A program made the translations under genes and the position numbers. The notes under the pieces are model-generated. The model did no database searches, was not told the DNA's origin, and saw nothing but the letters and a program-made list of their open reading frames with translations. 64,000 nt of DNA, from NCBI GenBank assembly GCA_036303765.1, contig JAXIZX010000085.1:15540-79539 (forward strand). The letters are read 5' to 3'. Source of the DNA: Collinsella sp. Its GTDB lineage: Bacteria; Actinomycetota; Coriobacteriia; Coriobacteriales; Coriobacteriaceae. Below are positions 8,969-18,017 of the stretch, piece after piece (the stretch's first letter is position 1; each line of letters begins with the position of its first letter).

Positions 8969-9789
8969 CTGTGAATCTCCTTTATGCTCTTCAAAATGGG
9001 GGCGGTGCAGACGCGGTGCCGAGTCTCACGTATCGCAGCGCGCCTGGCCTCGTCCTGCATGAGCTTCGGTCTCCCCTCGCGAAAGGCCGCGGCCCTTCTC
9101 GCCGCCGCTGCGAATTTCCGCTCGGCCTCGTCGAAGTCGATATCGCGCCACGCGCGATCCCCGCCCGTGCCGGATATGAAAACCGACGGCACCACATGGC
9201 TGCTGTCCGCATAGTCCGCCGGGACGGACATCTCCGCATAGCCCGACGGCTCGCTGCCGTCCGGCAGCCGGTACACGACGAGCTCCTGCTTCCTGCGTTT
9301 GCTCACGCGGCGCTCGCACAGCTCGGGATGGAACGCCTCGTACGCCATGGCGCTATATGGGGAGCAGGAGAAGCGGTACTCGAATAGGCATTCCGCTTCC
9401 CTCCGATGCCGTTCCGCCTCCTGCACCCGGGCCGCAGCCTGCGCCCGGATCCGGTCGCGCTCGGCCGCCTCCTCGGGCCCGAGCTCGCGGAACGCCCCGA
9501 CCACGGCGGCCTCGTCCAGGGCGAAGAACTCCGTCTCGCGGGCGTAGGCGCCGGTGTGGTGCCAGGACGAGTAGGCGATGAACCGGTCGAAGAGCGCGGC
9601 CTTGGTCTCGGACTCGACCGCGGGGTCGTAGAGCAGGTCCATCTCATCGCAGTAGCCCCTCAAGGCGCCGAGGATCGCCGCCTTGGTCCATTTCGAGCGG
9701 GGCATCTCCCCCGCCTCGTAGGCCGCCCGCGCGTTCGCGCTCATGGAGGCGCCGATGTATCCCTTTTGCCCGTAAGCCACCCTAGACAT
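8965..9789 (-). CDS. hypothetical protein
   Basis: coding-like ORF (GYIGASMSANARAAYEAGEMPRSKWTK); 4-nt overlap with the next gene. Confidence 0.7.
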   Translation of the reverse strand: MSRVAYGQKGYIGASMSANARAAYEAGEMPRSKWTKAAILGALRGYCDEMDLLYDPAVESETKAALFDRFIAYSSWHHTGAYARETEFFALDEAAVVGAFRELGPEEAAERDRIRAQAAARVQEAERHRREAECLFEYRFSCSPYSAMAYEAFHPELCERRVSKRRKQELVVYRLPDGSEPSGYAEMSVPADYADSSHVVPSVFISGTGGDRAWRDIDFDEAERKFAAAARRAAAFREGRPKLMQDEARRAAIRETRHRVCTAPILKSIKEIHR

Positions 9790-9975
9790 GTCAAACCCTT
9801 CGCGCGGATGCGTGCCGTCCCAGCTTTTTCTACCCCGTGCGCGGGAAGTCTTTCACTCGATTCGAGCCGGTGCAGGGACATTTTTATCCGTCGAGTTTCG
9901 GTAGGGGCGTGTAAAGCGCGGCGGGGGCGGGTATCAAAGCTGCTGTGTATGCCAATTCCAATAAAGAGGTGGTCC

Positions 9976-10190
9976 ATGTCCGACCCGATCGCCGCGGCCG
10001 AAGCCGCCGGCAAAGCCCGCGATATCGCCAACCGCTTCGAGACCGCCGTATTCCTCATCGCATACGGCATCGCCGAGAAGGACGGCCTCTACGAGGCCGA
10101 CCCGCATAGGTATCCCTACAGCCAGGCATTCAGACACGGCATGAATATCCTCGCCGCGCTGTGCGCTGAGTGCTCCGACGATGCGGCCTG
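9976..10190 (+). pseudogene. 5' fragment of a gene, apparently truncated near 10190
   Basis: AAGAGG RBS and ATG; about 70 protein-like codons, then the frame continues as antisense-type sequence without a nearby stop. Confidence 0.45.
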
Positions 10191-10327
10191 TAGGCCACGA
10201 AATCGACCCGGCTGGCGTCATCGACCCAGACCTCGCTCGCGACCAGGGCGTTCTCGCGGCACAGCCTCGCCCATACCTTCTCGGAAAGCTCGGCGGTCAC
10301 CTCGCCGCGGTTTCGTTTCCCCTCCAT
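10130..10327 (-). pseudogene. 5' fragment of a possible PD-(D/E)XK nuclease-like gene
   Basis: RBS and ATG at 10327; ASEVWVDDASRVDFVAY, then coding character is lost near 10190. Confidence 0.4.
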
Positions 10328-10452
10328 GGGACACACTCCCCTTCGATGTAAAAGGCCGCCCGACGGTCTGCGCGACGTGCGGGCGGCCCGCGCCGGTACT
10401 ACTCCTCGGAACCCTCCGGCTTGATGGTCGACAGGTCCATATGCCTGCGAGC

Positions 10453-10830
10453 CTAGAAGAATATAAGCCAGATCGTACCCAAGAGCAGGGAGACATATCC
10501 CACAGCGGTCACGAGCAAGTCTATGAAGGCGAGGGCCGCGGCAATATCGACCCGGATGCCACAGGGAGCCAAGTTCGATGCGAACCCATGCAGGGGATAC
10601 ATGGCACAGATGAGGCATATCGATTCGAGACCTGCCGCCAACAGGGGATTCACCCCCGCCAGCTCCCTCGGATAGAACAAGCCCATCAGGACGGAATCCG
10701 CCACCAGCGCCGCCCAAATCAGGAACACGCCGACCTTAAATGCCTTAGTGTCCTCGACCAATGCCAGGGGCATCATGCAGCCGAGGAAATCGAGCAGCAA
10801 GGCCGCGGCGATCAGCGGGACGACCATCAC
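10453..10830 (-). CDS. four-TM membrane protein coupled to the flotillin gene
   Basis: very hydrophobic; start overlaps the flotillin stop. Confidence 0.7.
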   Translation of the reverse strand: MMVVPLIAAALLLDFLGCMMPLALVEDTKAFKVGVFLIWAALVADSVLMGLFYPRELAGVNPLLAAGLESICLICAMYPLHGFASNLAPCGIRVDIAAALAFIDLLVTAVGYVSLLLGTIWLIFF

Positions 10831-12233
10831 TCAACCGAGTTCTCGGCGGAGCCGGCATCGATATCGGGGTTCGAGATCAGGCCATTCAGCAGGGACGGCA
10901 GGTCGATTCCCGTGCTGTCCTTCAGGCCGGATGCGACCTGGTCGACAATCGATGTGGTCTCCTTTACGAGTTTTTGCGCGTTGCCCGATCCGTACATCTT
11001 GATGGAATCGACGGCAGTGAGGGGCTTCGCAACCTGCTCGGCTACCTTGGGCATGATGTCGATGTAGCGGTTGGCGAGCAGGTAGGGGTTATCCATGCCG
11101 TTGTACGCCTCGGCCTGGGCCTTGATGCCCGCCGCGACGCCCTCGCCGTGGGCCTTCTCGGCCGCACCCTCGGACTCGCCCTTCAGGCGCGTGGCCTCGG
11201 CCTCGGCCTTCGCTCGGGCCTGGATGCCCTCGGCGTCCTTCTGGGCGGAATACAGCTCGGCGTCGGATTGGTTCTGGCGCTCGATGCGGGCGGCCTCGGC
11301 CTGCTTCGTGCGCTTGTAGAGGTCGGCTTCCGCCGCCTGCTCTGCGGCGTAGCGGTCGGCCTCGGCCTGCTTCTTCACGGTCGCGTTCAGCTCGCGCTCC
11401 CTCACGTCCGCCTGGCGCTCGGCGAGCTCGACCTTCTTGGTCTCCGCGGCGATCTCGGCCTCCTGCTGGGCGATGTAGAGCTCGCGCTGCTTCTCGGCCG
11501 TCACGGTGGCCTTCACCATATCGGCCTCGGCCTTCGCCTTGTCGGCCTGCTTCTTGAGGTCGGCCTGCTTCAAGTCGAGCTGGTTCTGGCGGATGGCGAC
11601 CTCCTCGGCCGCCTTGATCTGCGCCAGCTCGGCCTCCTTCTTGATCTCCGCGGCCTGATCGGCGCCCATGGAGCGGATGATGCCCTGGGAGTCGGAGAAG
11701 TCCTGGACGTTGAAGGTGCGCAGCTCGAGGCCGAGGTTGGCGAGGTCGTCCTTGGAGCCGTCGAAGACCTTGGCATTGAAGCTCTCGCGGTCGCGCATGA
11801 GCTCCTTGAGGTCCATCTGGCCGATGACCTCGCGCATCTTGCCCAGCATGACCTCGGTGACCTGGCGGGTCATCTCCTCTTTGTCCAAATTCAGGTAGTT
11901 CTTGGACGCGGTCTCGATCAGCTCGGGGGTCTGGCCGATCTGGAAGTTCGCCACGGCGCAGGCGTGGATGAGGATTGCGTCCTGCGTCGGGATATCGTTC
12001 TCGGTGGTCAGCTGCACCTGCACGGCACCGAGCGAGAGGGTGTCCACGCGCTGGAGGAGCGGGATCACGAAGGTTCCCTTGCCGGAGACGGAGCGCATCT
12101 TGCCGGCGCCGGAGACGATCGTGAGCTTATCCGGCGGGCATTTGCGCCAGCAGCTCTCGAACACCAGCACGACGGCCATGATGCCGACGGCTGCGGGGAG
12201 CAGGTTGAAGATCAAAGATTCGAAAAGCATCAT
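10827..12233 (-). CDS. flotillin-family SPFH domain protein
   Basis: N-terminal TM, SPFH core (GKMREVIGQM, DLANLGLELRTFNVQD) and an AEA-rich coiled coil. Confidence 0.92.
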   Translation of the reverse strand: MMLFESLIFNLLPAAVGIMAVVLVFESCWRKCPPDKLTIVSGAGKMRSVSGKGTFVIPLLQRVDTLSLGAVQVQLTTENDIPTQDAILIHACAVANFQIGQTPELIETASKNYLNLDKEEMTRQVTEVMLGKMREVIGQMDLKELMRDRESFNAKVFDGSKDDLANLGLELRTFNVQDFSDSQGIIRSMGADQAAEIKKEAELAQIKAAEEVAIRQNQLDLKQADLKKQADKAKAEADMVKATVTAEKQRELYIAQQEAEIAAETKKVELAERQADVRERELNATVKKQAEADRYAAEQAAEADLYKRTKQAEAARIERQNQSDAELYSAQKDAEGIQARAKAEAEATRLKGESEGAAEKAHGEGVAAGIKAQAEAYNGMDNPYLLANRYIDIMPKVAEQVAKPLTAVDSIKMYGSGNAQKLVKETTSIVDQVASGLKDSTGIDLPSLLNGLISNPDIDAGSAENSVE

Positions 12234-12350
12234 AGGGTTTCCTTCCCTTCAAGGGCGGCTCGGGCAGAGCCGCCCGGTTATAGATAACTCCGTCGGGGGC
12301 GGACCGGGCTCACGATCGGCACGACGCCGGTTCAGTCCAACCGTCGGGAC

Positions 12351-12743
12351 TCAAAGGCGGCGGCGATCATGTAGCTCCAGCAATTCGTATAAGAGGAGAG
12401 GCAAGGCCATCGCGAAGAGAGACGGCAGTAAGATGTAGTAAAACGCTGATCTTATAATGATGTCGTTGGCCGTCATCAGGGCCTCGAATGCTTTCAAGGC
12501 CTCGTCTGGTTCCGCATCGGAAACCGATTCGCCCTGACTGCTTTTCATATCGGCTTGTTCGGTCGCGTCGCCGACAGGCGCACTTCCGTTCAGGTCGACG
12601 TCGACAACGACATGATCACCGTCGTCGGAGATCACGGCGGCGTTCGCGTTCTCGGCGTAAGCCGCGGGCGCGATGCAGCCGAACGATGCTGCGGCTATGG
12701 CCATGGCGACGAGCGGCCCTGCCGCCCTTGCGGGTATCCTCAT
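12351..12743 (-). CDS. exported protein with C-terminal TM
   Basis: signal peptide ending AYA; hydrophobic C-terminal segment. Confidence 0.6.
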   Translation of the reverse strand: MRIPARAAGPLVAMAIAAASFGCIAPAAYAENANAAVISDDGDHVVVDVDLNGSAPVGDATEQADMKSSQGESVSDAEPDEALKAFEALMTANDIIIRSAFYYILLPSLFAMALPLLLYELLELHDRRRL

Positions 12744-12814
12744 TTCCGTTCTCCATTCCTTTTCGGGGCGCGCCCTCCCTCGGCGCTGTCCGTTTCCCCT
12801 CAGGTGGTTATTCC

Positions 12815-12845
12815 CCGTATCCGGCGGCTTAAACGCCGGATACGG
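12815..12845. other. perfect 12-bp stem hairpin
   Basis: CCGTATCCGGCG-GCTTAAA-CGCCGGATACGG. Confidence 0.6.
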
Positions 12846-12892
12846 AAAACGGCCGGAAACAAGGCGCCCACCGAGGCTGGAGCCCGATGGGC

Positions 12893-13008
12893 GCGTGTGC
12901 GGCTATGTGCATGTGCGTAGATATGCCGACGTGCATGTGTTCCATTGTGCGAGTGTGCGTATGCGCAACTGCGTATGTGTGCGTGTATGCGTATGTGCGA
13001 TTGCGGAA
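12893..13008. repeat. 8-bp tandem repeat array 5
   Basis: TTGTGCGA/GTGTGCGT/ATGCGCAA/CTGCGTAT/GTGTGCGT/GTATGCGT/ATGTGCGA. Confidence 0.75.
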
Positions 13009-13009
13009 C

Positions 13010-13228
13010 CTACAGGAGCGTATCGAAACCGGGCCTGCCCAGATCCTGGCGAATGCTGCCGGTCGTGAGCTCGACGTGCGGGCGGCCGTCGGCGCCGAAG
13101 ACGAGGTTCGTGGCGCCTGCCCCGGGGACCACCGTATCCACCTGCCCCGTCGTGAGATCGTATCGCATGTTGCCGACCTGCTGCTCGATATGCGTCGTGC
13201 CGTCGGGTTTCAGAACGTTCCTGATCAT
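13010..13228 (-). CDS. 72-aa protein with internal duplication
   Basis: AAAGGTGG RBS; VLKPDGTTHIE..RYDL..DTV versus VFGADGRPHVE..RQDL..DTL. Confidence 0.7.
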   Translation of the reverse strand: MIRNVLKPDGTTHIEQQVGNMRYDLTTGQVDTVVPGAGATNLVFGADGRPHVELTTGSIRQDLGRPGFDTLL

Positions 13229-13242
13229 GGCGTGCCACCTTT

Positions 13243-13310
13243 ACGCATATATGCGGATGCGGATGCATGGGTATGTGCGGATGCGCGGTTGAGCGTTTGC
13301 GTGTGTATGC
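13243..13310. repeat. 8-bp tandem repeat array 6
   Basis: ATGCG/GTATG-rich tract containing TGGGTA, the reverse of the TACCCA unit. Confidence 0.65.
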
Positions 13311-13346
13311 CAAAGCGCCTGCGGGCGCATCCGCACCCCCATGGTA

Positions 13347-14399
13347 TCACTGTCGGGGCGCGGAGTCCTTCGAGACCTCGCGGGCAGCGTCGGCGACCTT
13401 GCCGGGCGACGGCTTCTCGGCTGCCGAGGACGCGGCGGCCTTCCGGGCGACGGCGGCGATGGAGGCCGGGGTCCTCTCCGGCCTCACCCAGCCGTAGGCC
13501 TCGGCCATCTCCTCCATGTCGACGATATCCCGATTGAGATATACCGGCGAGATCTCGCCGGTATAGGCCTGCTCCAAGTCCTCGACGATCGCGTTCTCCG
13601 CGAGGAAGTTGTCGCTCGCCAGGCGCCAGTCGCCGTCGGTCTGCTGGAAGAGGACCGGGTCGGCCCCCTCATCGGTGTAGTAGACGAGCGTCGACGCTCC
13701 TTGCGCCTCGCCGGCCTCGACGGCATACGAGAACGTCTTCGCCTTCAGGTCGGCGATGCGGAAGGCGGCGTCGCCGACGCCCCAGCCCTCGGCGAGATCG
13801 GCGTCGACGGCATATGCATCAGCCTGCGACACGCTATCCAAGCCGCCCATGATGCAGTAGCCGTCCACCATGCGGTATACGCCAAGGGTGCGCGTATCGG
13901 GACCGTTGCCCTGAGCCCGAACGGAATCCAGGGAGTCCTTCAGGCCGACCGCAGCCGGATAGGTCGAGCACAGGTAGACCAGGCCGTCCGCCGGGACGTC
14001 GCCGTGGACGCCGCGGTCGAAGACGCAATAGCCCTTTCGCCTCGCGCTGTCCAGTGCGGATTCCAGGGCGCCCAGGGCGGGGGCGGCCTCCTCGACCATG
14101 AGCACATCGGCAAGCGCCGAGACGAGTTCCCCGCGATAGGTGTTCTGCGGAACCTTGCCTCCGAGCGCCTTGCAATCGCTCAGGAACCGTTCCCTTCCGC
14201 GACCGTCGTCAAAGCTATCGAAAAGGTCCACGGGGATCGTCTCGATAGCCTCCTTCCACCCGTTCAACGTGAAGCCAACGGTTCGGCCCAGTTCGTTCAA
14301 AAAGCCGACCTCGACGGTCTCGTGAACCAAATGGCCGACCGAAACGATACCGCGGTCGAAGGCCTCGTTCAGCATGATCTCGAGCTCTCGCCTGTCCAT
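13347..14399 (-). CDS. acidic hypothetical protein with Ala-rich C-terminal tail
   Basis: GGAG RBS; ends TPASIAAVARKAAA...SPGKVADAAREVSKDSAPRQ. Confidence 0.75.
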   Translation of the reverse strand: MDRRELEIMLNEAFDRGIVSVGHLVHETVEVGFLNELGRTVGFTLNGWKEAIETIPVDLFDSFDDGRGRERFLSDCKALGGKVPQNTYRGELVSALADVLMVEEAAPALGALESALDSARRKGYCVFDRGVHGDVPADGLVYLCSTYPAAVGLKDSLDSVRAQGNGPDTRTLGVYRMVDGYCIMGGLDSVSQADAYAVDADLAEGWGVGDAAFRIADLKAKTFSYAVEAGEAQGASTLVYYTDEGADPVLFQQTDGDWRLASDNFLAENAIVEDLEQAYTGEISPVYLNRDIVDMEEMAEAYGWVRPERTPASIAAVARKAAASSAAEKPSPGKVADAAREVSKDSAPRQ

Positions 14400-14459
14400 C
14401 TTGAAACTCCATTCCGTTGCCGGGGCGCTTCAGGCCCGTGTGCGTACTCCCACAAGATG

Positions 14460-14819
14460 CTAACGCGGCCTAATAACGGGGCTGTTTGCGCGAGCCCGCG
14501 CTTTCCGAACGGGAAGCGCCGTCCGCAGGCGCCGCGCAAGCGCCCGGATCTCGAAGCACGCGTCGAAGCGGTGCGGCATCCCCTCGCCCGCCCAGAGCAT
14601 CCCGGCGCGCCCGTTCGCGATCCGATCGACGCGGGTGAAGTCCAGCCCCAGCATATCGCAGATGCCCCTCACCTCGTCATGGACCGGCGAGCAGGCGCAC
14701 CGCATGGCGCCCTCGCCCGAGACCTCGCCGTCGAGCTCGAGCCCGTACAGCTCGTCGCCGTAGAGCGCGGCGATGTGCTCCTCGGCCTCACCGGCGGACA
14801 TGTCCTCGATCTTCTCCAC
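14460..14819 (-). CDS. hypothetical protein; start uncertain
   Basis: protein-like stretch after the GTG at 14819. Confidence 0.4.
   Translation of the reverse strand: MEKIEDMSAGEAEEHIAALYGDELYGLELDGEVSGEGAMRCACSPVHDEVRGICDMLGLDFTRVDRIANGRAGMLWAGEGMPHRFDACFEIRALARRLRTALPVRKARARANSPVIRPR
14502..14515 (-). promoter_or_regulatory. TTCCCG-N2-CGG[G/A]AA box
   Basis: TTCCCGTTCGGAAA, 39 bp before TAGCAT (14462-14457). Confidence 0.7.
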
Positions 14820-14864
14820 GGGAAACCCCAATCCCTCAGGGAGGGCGCGCGGCCGCGCGCCCTC

Positions 14865-14945
14865 GTATGTGTGTATCTGTGCGGGTATGCGCATGCGCAA
14901 ACGCGCAGATGTGCGGACGCGCATGTGCATACCCATGCGGACATC
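14865..14945. repeat. 8-bp tandem repeat array 7
   Basis: CTGTGCGG/GTATGCGC/ATGCGCAA/ACGCGCAG/ATGTGCGG/ACGCGCAT/GTGCATAC. Confidence 0.75.
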
Positions 14946-15144
14946 AGCGAGGAAGCCCGCGGACGAGCGATGCGAAGTCCGCATCGACGCGCGACCGGTC
15001 CAGCTCCCAGAGGTCGGCGATGAAGTCGAGCAGGACCCTCACCGTCCCGGTGCGCTCGGGTCGCGGGAGGCGCGGCACCAGCAGGACGACGGAGTAGAGG
15101 GCCTGCTCATAGCTGCGCCCCTCCTGGGGGGCACGGCGGCTCAT
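14944..15144 (-). CDS. small hypothetical protein coupled to the loader gene
   Basis: ATGA overlap with the loader stop; MSRRAPQEG... Confidence 0.5.
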   Translation of the reverse strand: MSRRAPQEGRSYEQALYSVVLLVPRLPRPERTGTVRVLLDFIADLWELDRSRVDADFASLVRGLPR

Positions 15145-16172
15145 CGCCCGGCCCCCTCGGCATCGCAGGGCGCCATGCGGCGGTCCGGGCCGTCCATCTT
15201 GACGCGCTCGGTCATCTCGGCCAGGCGCGAGACGATAGCCAGGGCGTCCTCCTTGCGGCCGTACTCCGACAGCACCGCGGCGAGGCCCGCCTGGGTGTAC
15301 TGGCTGGTGACGATCGTGGCGCGCTCGGCCTCGTAGCGGCCGTTGACGATCTGGAACAGCTTCGCGAGCACCCACTGGGTCGAGGAGTCCTTGCCCAGGT
15401 CGTCGATGATCAGGACCGGGACGTTCACGTACCTGCGGATTACGTCGGCCTCGCTGTCGCCGCCCTTGTCGAAGGTCGAGCGGAGCTCGGTCATGAGGTC
15501 CGCCGAGACGACGAACCTGACGCCGTGCTTGGGCCTGCCCTTCGGGACGGGCCGGTACGCCCAGTTGCCGAAGCGGGGATCGAGGCGCGAGCCGGCGTAG
15601 TCGTAGGCGATACGGCACGCCATCTCGGTCTTGCCGACCCCGCGCGGACCGTAGATGTACAGCCCGCCGCCGCGCGCGAGGCGCGCGTCGTAGGCATGCT
15701 CCGGGGCGGCCACTCCCTCGGCGATGCGGCGGGCGAAGCGCGGCGGGATGCCGGTCTTGCGCACGACCGCCTCATGGAACGCGGGGTCGGTCGCGGCGAG
15801 GGCGGCCACGTCCGCGATCTCGAGCGGAGGCAGGGCGCCGCCGACGGGAAGCGGCGCGGCTGTTGCAGCCGGGGCCTCGGGCACGGGCGCCGCTGGCACC
15901 GGAGTCCGAACGGGCGCCGCGGCGGGGGCCGGGTGCTCCGGCTCGAGGTAATGCGGCCCCATCTCGTGCCACGCGTCCGCCTCCGCCCTCCAATCGAGCA
16001 CCGGCGTGCCGTCCGCGCGCCGCCAGGCGCGGGCATCGTGGTATGCGTAGAAGAAGTTGCCGTAGAAGGCGTTGGCGGAGCCGCGGTCGTCGTAGCCCTT
16101 CCCGCGGACGTAGGCCTCGACTTCCTCGAGCGCGGGCCTTTTCGGCCTCGCCTGCGCTTGCGTGTCGTTCAT
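15141..16172 (-). CDS. DnaC/IstB-like AAA+ ATPase, putative helicase loader
   Basis: Walker A GPRGVGKT, Walker B LIIDDLG, plus TIVTS, SRLAEM and GPDRR. Confidence 0.88.
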   Translation of the reverse strand: MNDTQAQARPKRPALEEVEAYVRGKGYDDRGSANAFYGNFFYAYHDARAWRRADGTPVLDWRAEADAWHEMGPHYLEPEHPAPAAAPVRTPVPAAPVPEAPAATAAPLPVGGALPPLEIADVAALAATDPAFHEAVVRKTGIPPRFARRIAEGVAAPEHAYDARLARGGGLYIYGPRGVGKTEMACRIAYDYAGSRLDPRFGNWAYRPVPKGRPKHGVRFVVSADLMTELRSTFDKGGDSEADVIRRYVNVPVLIIDDLGKDSSTQWVLAKLFQIVNGRYEAERATIVTSQYTQAGLAAVLSEYGRKEDALAIVSRLAEMTERVKMDGPDRRMAPCDAEGAGR

Positions 16173-16194
16173 CTCGGTTCTCCCTCCGTCTGAG

Positions 16195-17607
16195 CTAATC
16201 GTCGTTGAAGTCGCTGAAGTCGCTGTCGGCGGCCACGCGCTCGGCGACGCTCATGGCCCTCTTCGCGCCAGACGGGCCGGACTTACGGGCGGAGCGCGGC
16301 GCTGGCTTGCGGCGCCAGGTGTTCACGACGTTCTTCCATCGGACGATCGGCACGCCGCCCGCGCGGACCCAGCCGGTGGCCTCGTAGTAGTCGAAGAACT
16401 CATCGGGGTCGATCACGCGGTAGGCGGGATTGTCCGGGTCGGGGGCGTCGTAGCCCTTCTCGTGCACGTACTTTCGGACCTGCTCGCGGGTCGGCGCCTT
16501 CGACGGGGCGGCCTTCTCCTCGGCCGCGGCCACGGCGCCGGAATCGACGAGATCGGCCCTCAGGTCGTAGAACCTCAGGCCGTTTCCGGCGGCGAGGAAC
16601 TTGGGCAGCGACATGATGTAGCGGCCGTCGGTGTGCGATGCCGCGTACTCGCGGCGGTAGGTGTCGTAGGCGCGGCCGATGCGCGGGAGCGTCCAGCCGT
16701 CCGCCAGCGCGCGGGCATAAGCCTCGGCGACGTCGGCGAAGACCTCCGCCTTGCCGATGGACATGCGCATGAGGGCAAGCACCTCGGCGTTGGGGACCGG
16801 GACCTCCGTCTCGAGCCCAAGGCCGGCCTCCGATGCGACCTTCACGACCGTGACCGAGTCGCCCGCGGCCTTCGACACCGCCGAGTTTTCGACAGACGGC
16901 AGCGCGCCCGCGCGCCCTCTCCCACTAACATCAATAACAACATCCTTGTTAGTGTCGCAAAAATTGGTACACGGTGAAATCGTTTCCCCAGTTGGGCCCG
17001 TGTACCAATTTTTGGTACACGGTGAATCTAGTTGCAAACTAACGTTAGTTTGGTCGCCCGTGTACCAATTTTTGGTACACGGTGAATCCTGCGGGTTGTT
17101 GATAACTTCGTTTTCGACCCCCTCCCCCGGCAAGTTTTCAACAGCGCCCGCCCCAGTCGATCTCGAGTTATCGACAGGCACGAAACGGCGCTCCTCGGGG
17201 ATCTCGGCATTGACCACGTAGCGGTTCGAGAGATAGCGCCCTTGGCCCTGCGCGCGACCCTGGTGCACGCTGATGTAGCCGCACTCGACCAGGGTTCGGC
17301 GGTGGCGGTAGTAGGTGTTGCGCGACATCGCGAGGTGGGTGCAGATCGTGTCCACGGACGGGAACAGCGAATGGGTGCCCGCGCCGGCATGGGCGCAGAA
17401 GTAGGCGTAGACGCCCTTGGCCGACGACGACAGGCGGGTGTCCTCGGTCGCCTTGGCCGAGACGATGCCGAAGCCGCGCTCCATGAGGTCGCCGCCGAAG
17501 ACGACGACCGCGCCGTCGCGGTCCAGGATCTCGAACGTCTCGTCGAGCTCGTCGCGGGTGCGGCCGGCGGGCTGTGCCGCCATGCCGCGCTCCTTTGCGC
17601 TACTCAC
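16195..17607 (-). CDS. phage-type replication initiator (N-terminal wHTH, internal iterons)
   Basis: LSSSAKGVYAYF...FPSVDTICTHLAMSRNTYYRHRRTLVECGYI; C-terminal FFDYYEATGW...W domain; lies upstream of the DnaC-like gene. Confidence 0.8.
   Translation of the reverse strand: MSSAKERGMAAQPAGRTRDELDETFEILDRDGAVVVFGGDLMERGFGIVSAKATEDTRLSSSAKGVYAYFCAHAGAGTHSLFPSVDTICTHLAMSRNTYYRHRRTLVECGYISVHQGRAQGQGRYLSNRYVVNAEIPEERRFVPVDNSRSTGAGAVENLPGEGVENEVINNPQDSPCTKNWYTGDQTNVSLQLDSPCTKNWYTGPTGETISPCTNFCDTNKDVVIDVSGRGRAGALPSVENSAVSKAAGDSVTVVKVASEAGLGLETEVPVPNAEVLALMRMSIGKAEVFADVAEAYARALADGWTLPRIGRAYDTYRREYAASHTDGRYIMSLPKFLAAGNGLRFYDLRADLVDSGAVAAAEEKAAPSKAPTREQVRKYVHEKGYDAPDPDNPAYRVIDPDEFFDYYEATGWVRAGGVPIVRWKNVVNTWRRKPAPRSARKSGPSGAKRAMSVAERVAADSDFSDFNDD
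16952..17088. repeat. putative replication origin: palindromic iterons inside the rep gene
   Basis: identical 33-bp repeats at 16996-17028 and 17056-17088 containing CCGTGTACCAA-TTT-TTGGTACACGG; partial third copy near 16952-16978; locally AT-rich. Confidence 0.8.
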
Positions 17608-17989
17608 GGCACTGCACCCCCTCCCGCACGACCTCGGCGGGGATCGGGACCATGCAGAGCTCCCCGTCCCGGTCCTCGCCGTAGGGCGTCACGATGTCGA
17701 CGATGTAGCCGCCGCGCTCGAGCGCGGCCAGCGCCTCGTCGTAGTCGCGGCGCGGCAGGCCGGCCTCGGCCGCCGCGATGTCGCGCGCCGGGCACTCGAT
17801 CGCCACCGACATGGGATCGCGCGCCACGATGCAGCAGAAGACCGACTTCTGCTCGAGCGTGAGGTCGCCGTCGTCGAAGATCGGGCGGATACGCCGCGCC
17901 CAGAACCTATCGCCGACCGTCATCCTCGCCGTGCCGGCCTGATTCCCGGCGGAATCTTTCCTTCCCATATGCCATCCCTCCATGGTCAT
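17600..17989 (-). CDS. small wHTH protein similar to the Rep N-terminus
   Basis: DLTLEQKSVFCCI...YDEALAALERGGYI. Confidence 0.65.
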   Translation of the reverse strand: MTMEGWHMGRKDSAGNQAGTARMTVGDRFWARRIRPIFDDGDLTLEQKSVFCCIVARDPMSVAIECPARDIAAAEAGLPRRDYDEALAALERGGYIVDIVTPYGEDRDGELCMVPIPAEVVREGVQCRE

Positions 17990-18017
17990 CCATCGCGGGC
18001 CTGTGCCCGCATCCTGC

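Noticed and set aside
9406..11067. 553-aa + strand ORF
   Set aside because: It is mostly antisense to real genes; only about 9976-10190 looks coding.
15141..16172. IS21 element (IstB)
   Set aside because: There is no adjacent IstA transposase or terminal inverted repeats; the context indicates a helicase loader.
16996..17088. 33-bp palindromic repeats with a 27-bp spacer resembling a mini-CRISPR
   Set aside because: Only about 2.5 copies, in frame inside the rep gene, and no cas genes; iterons explain it better.
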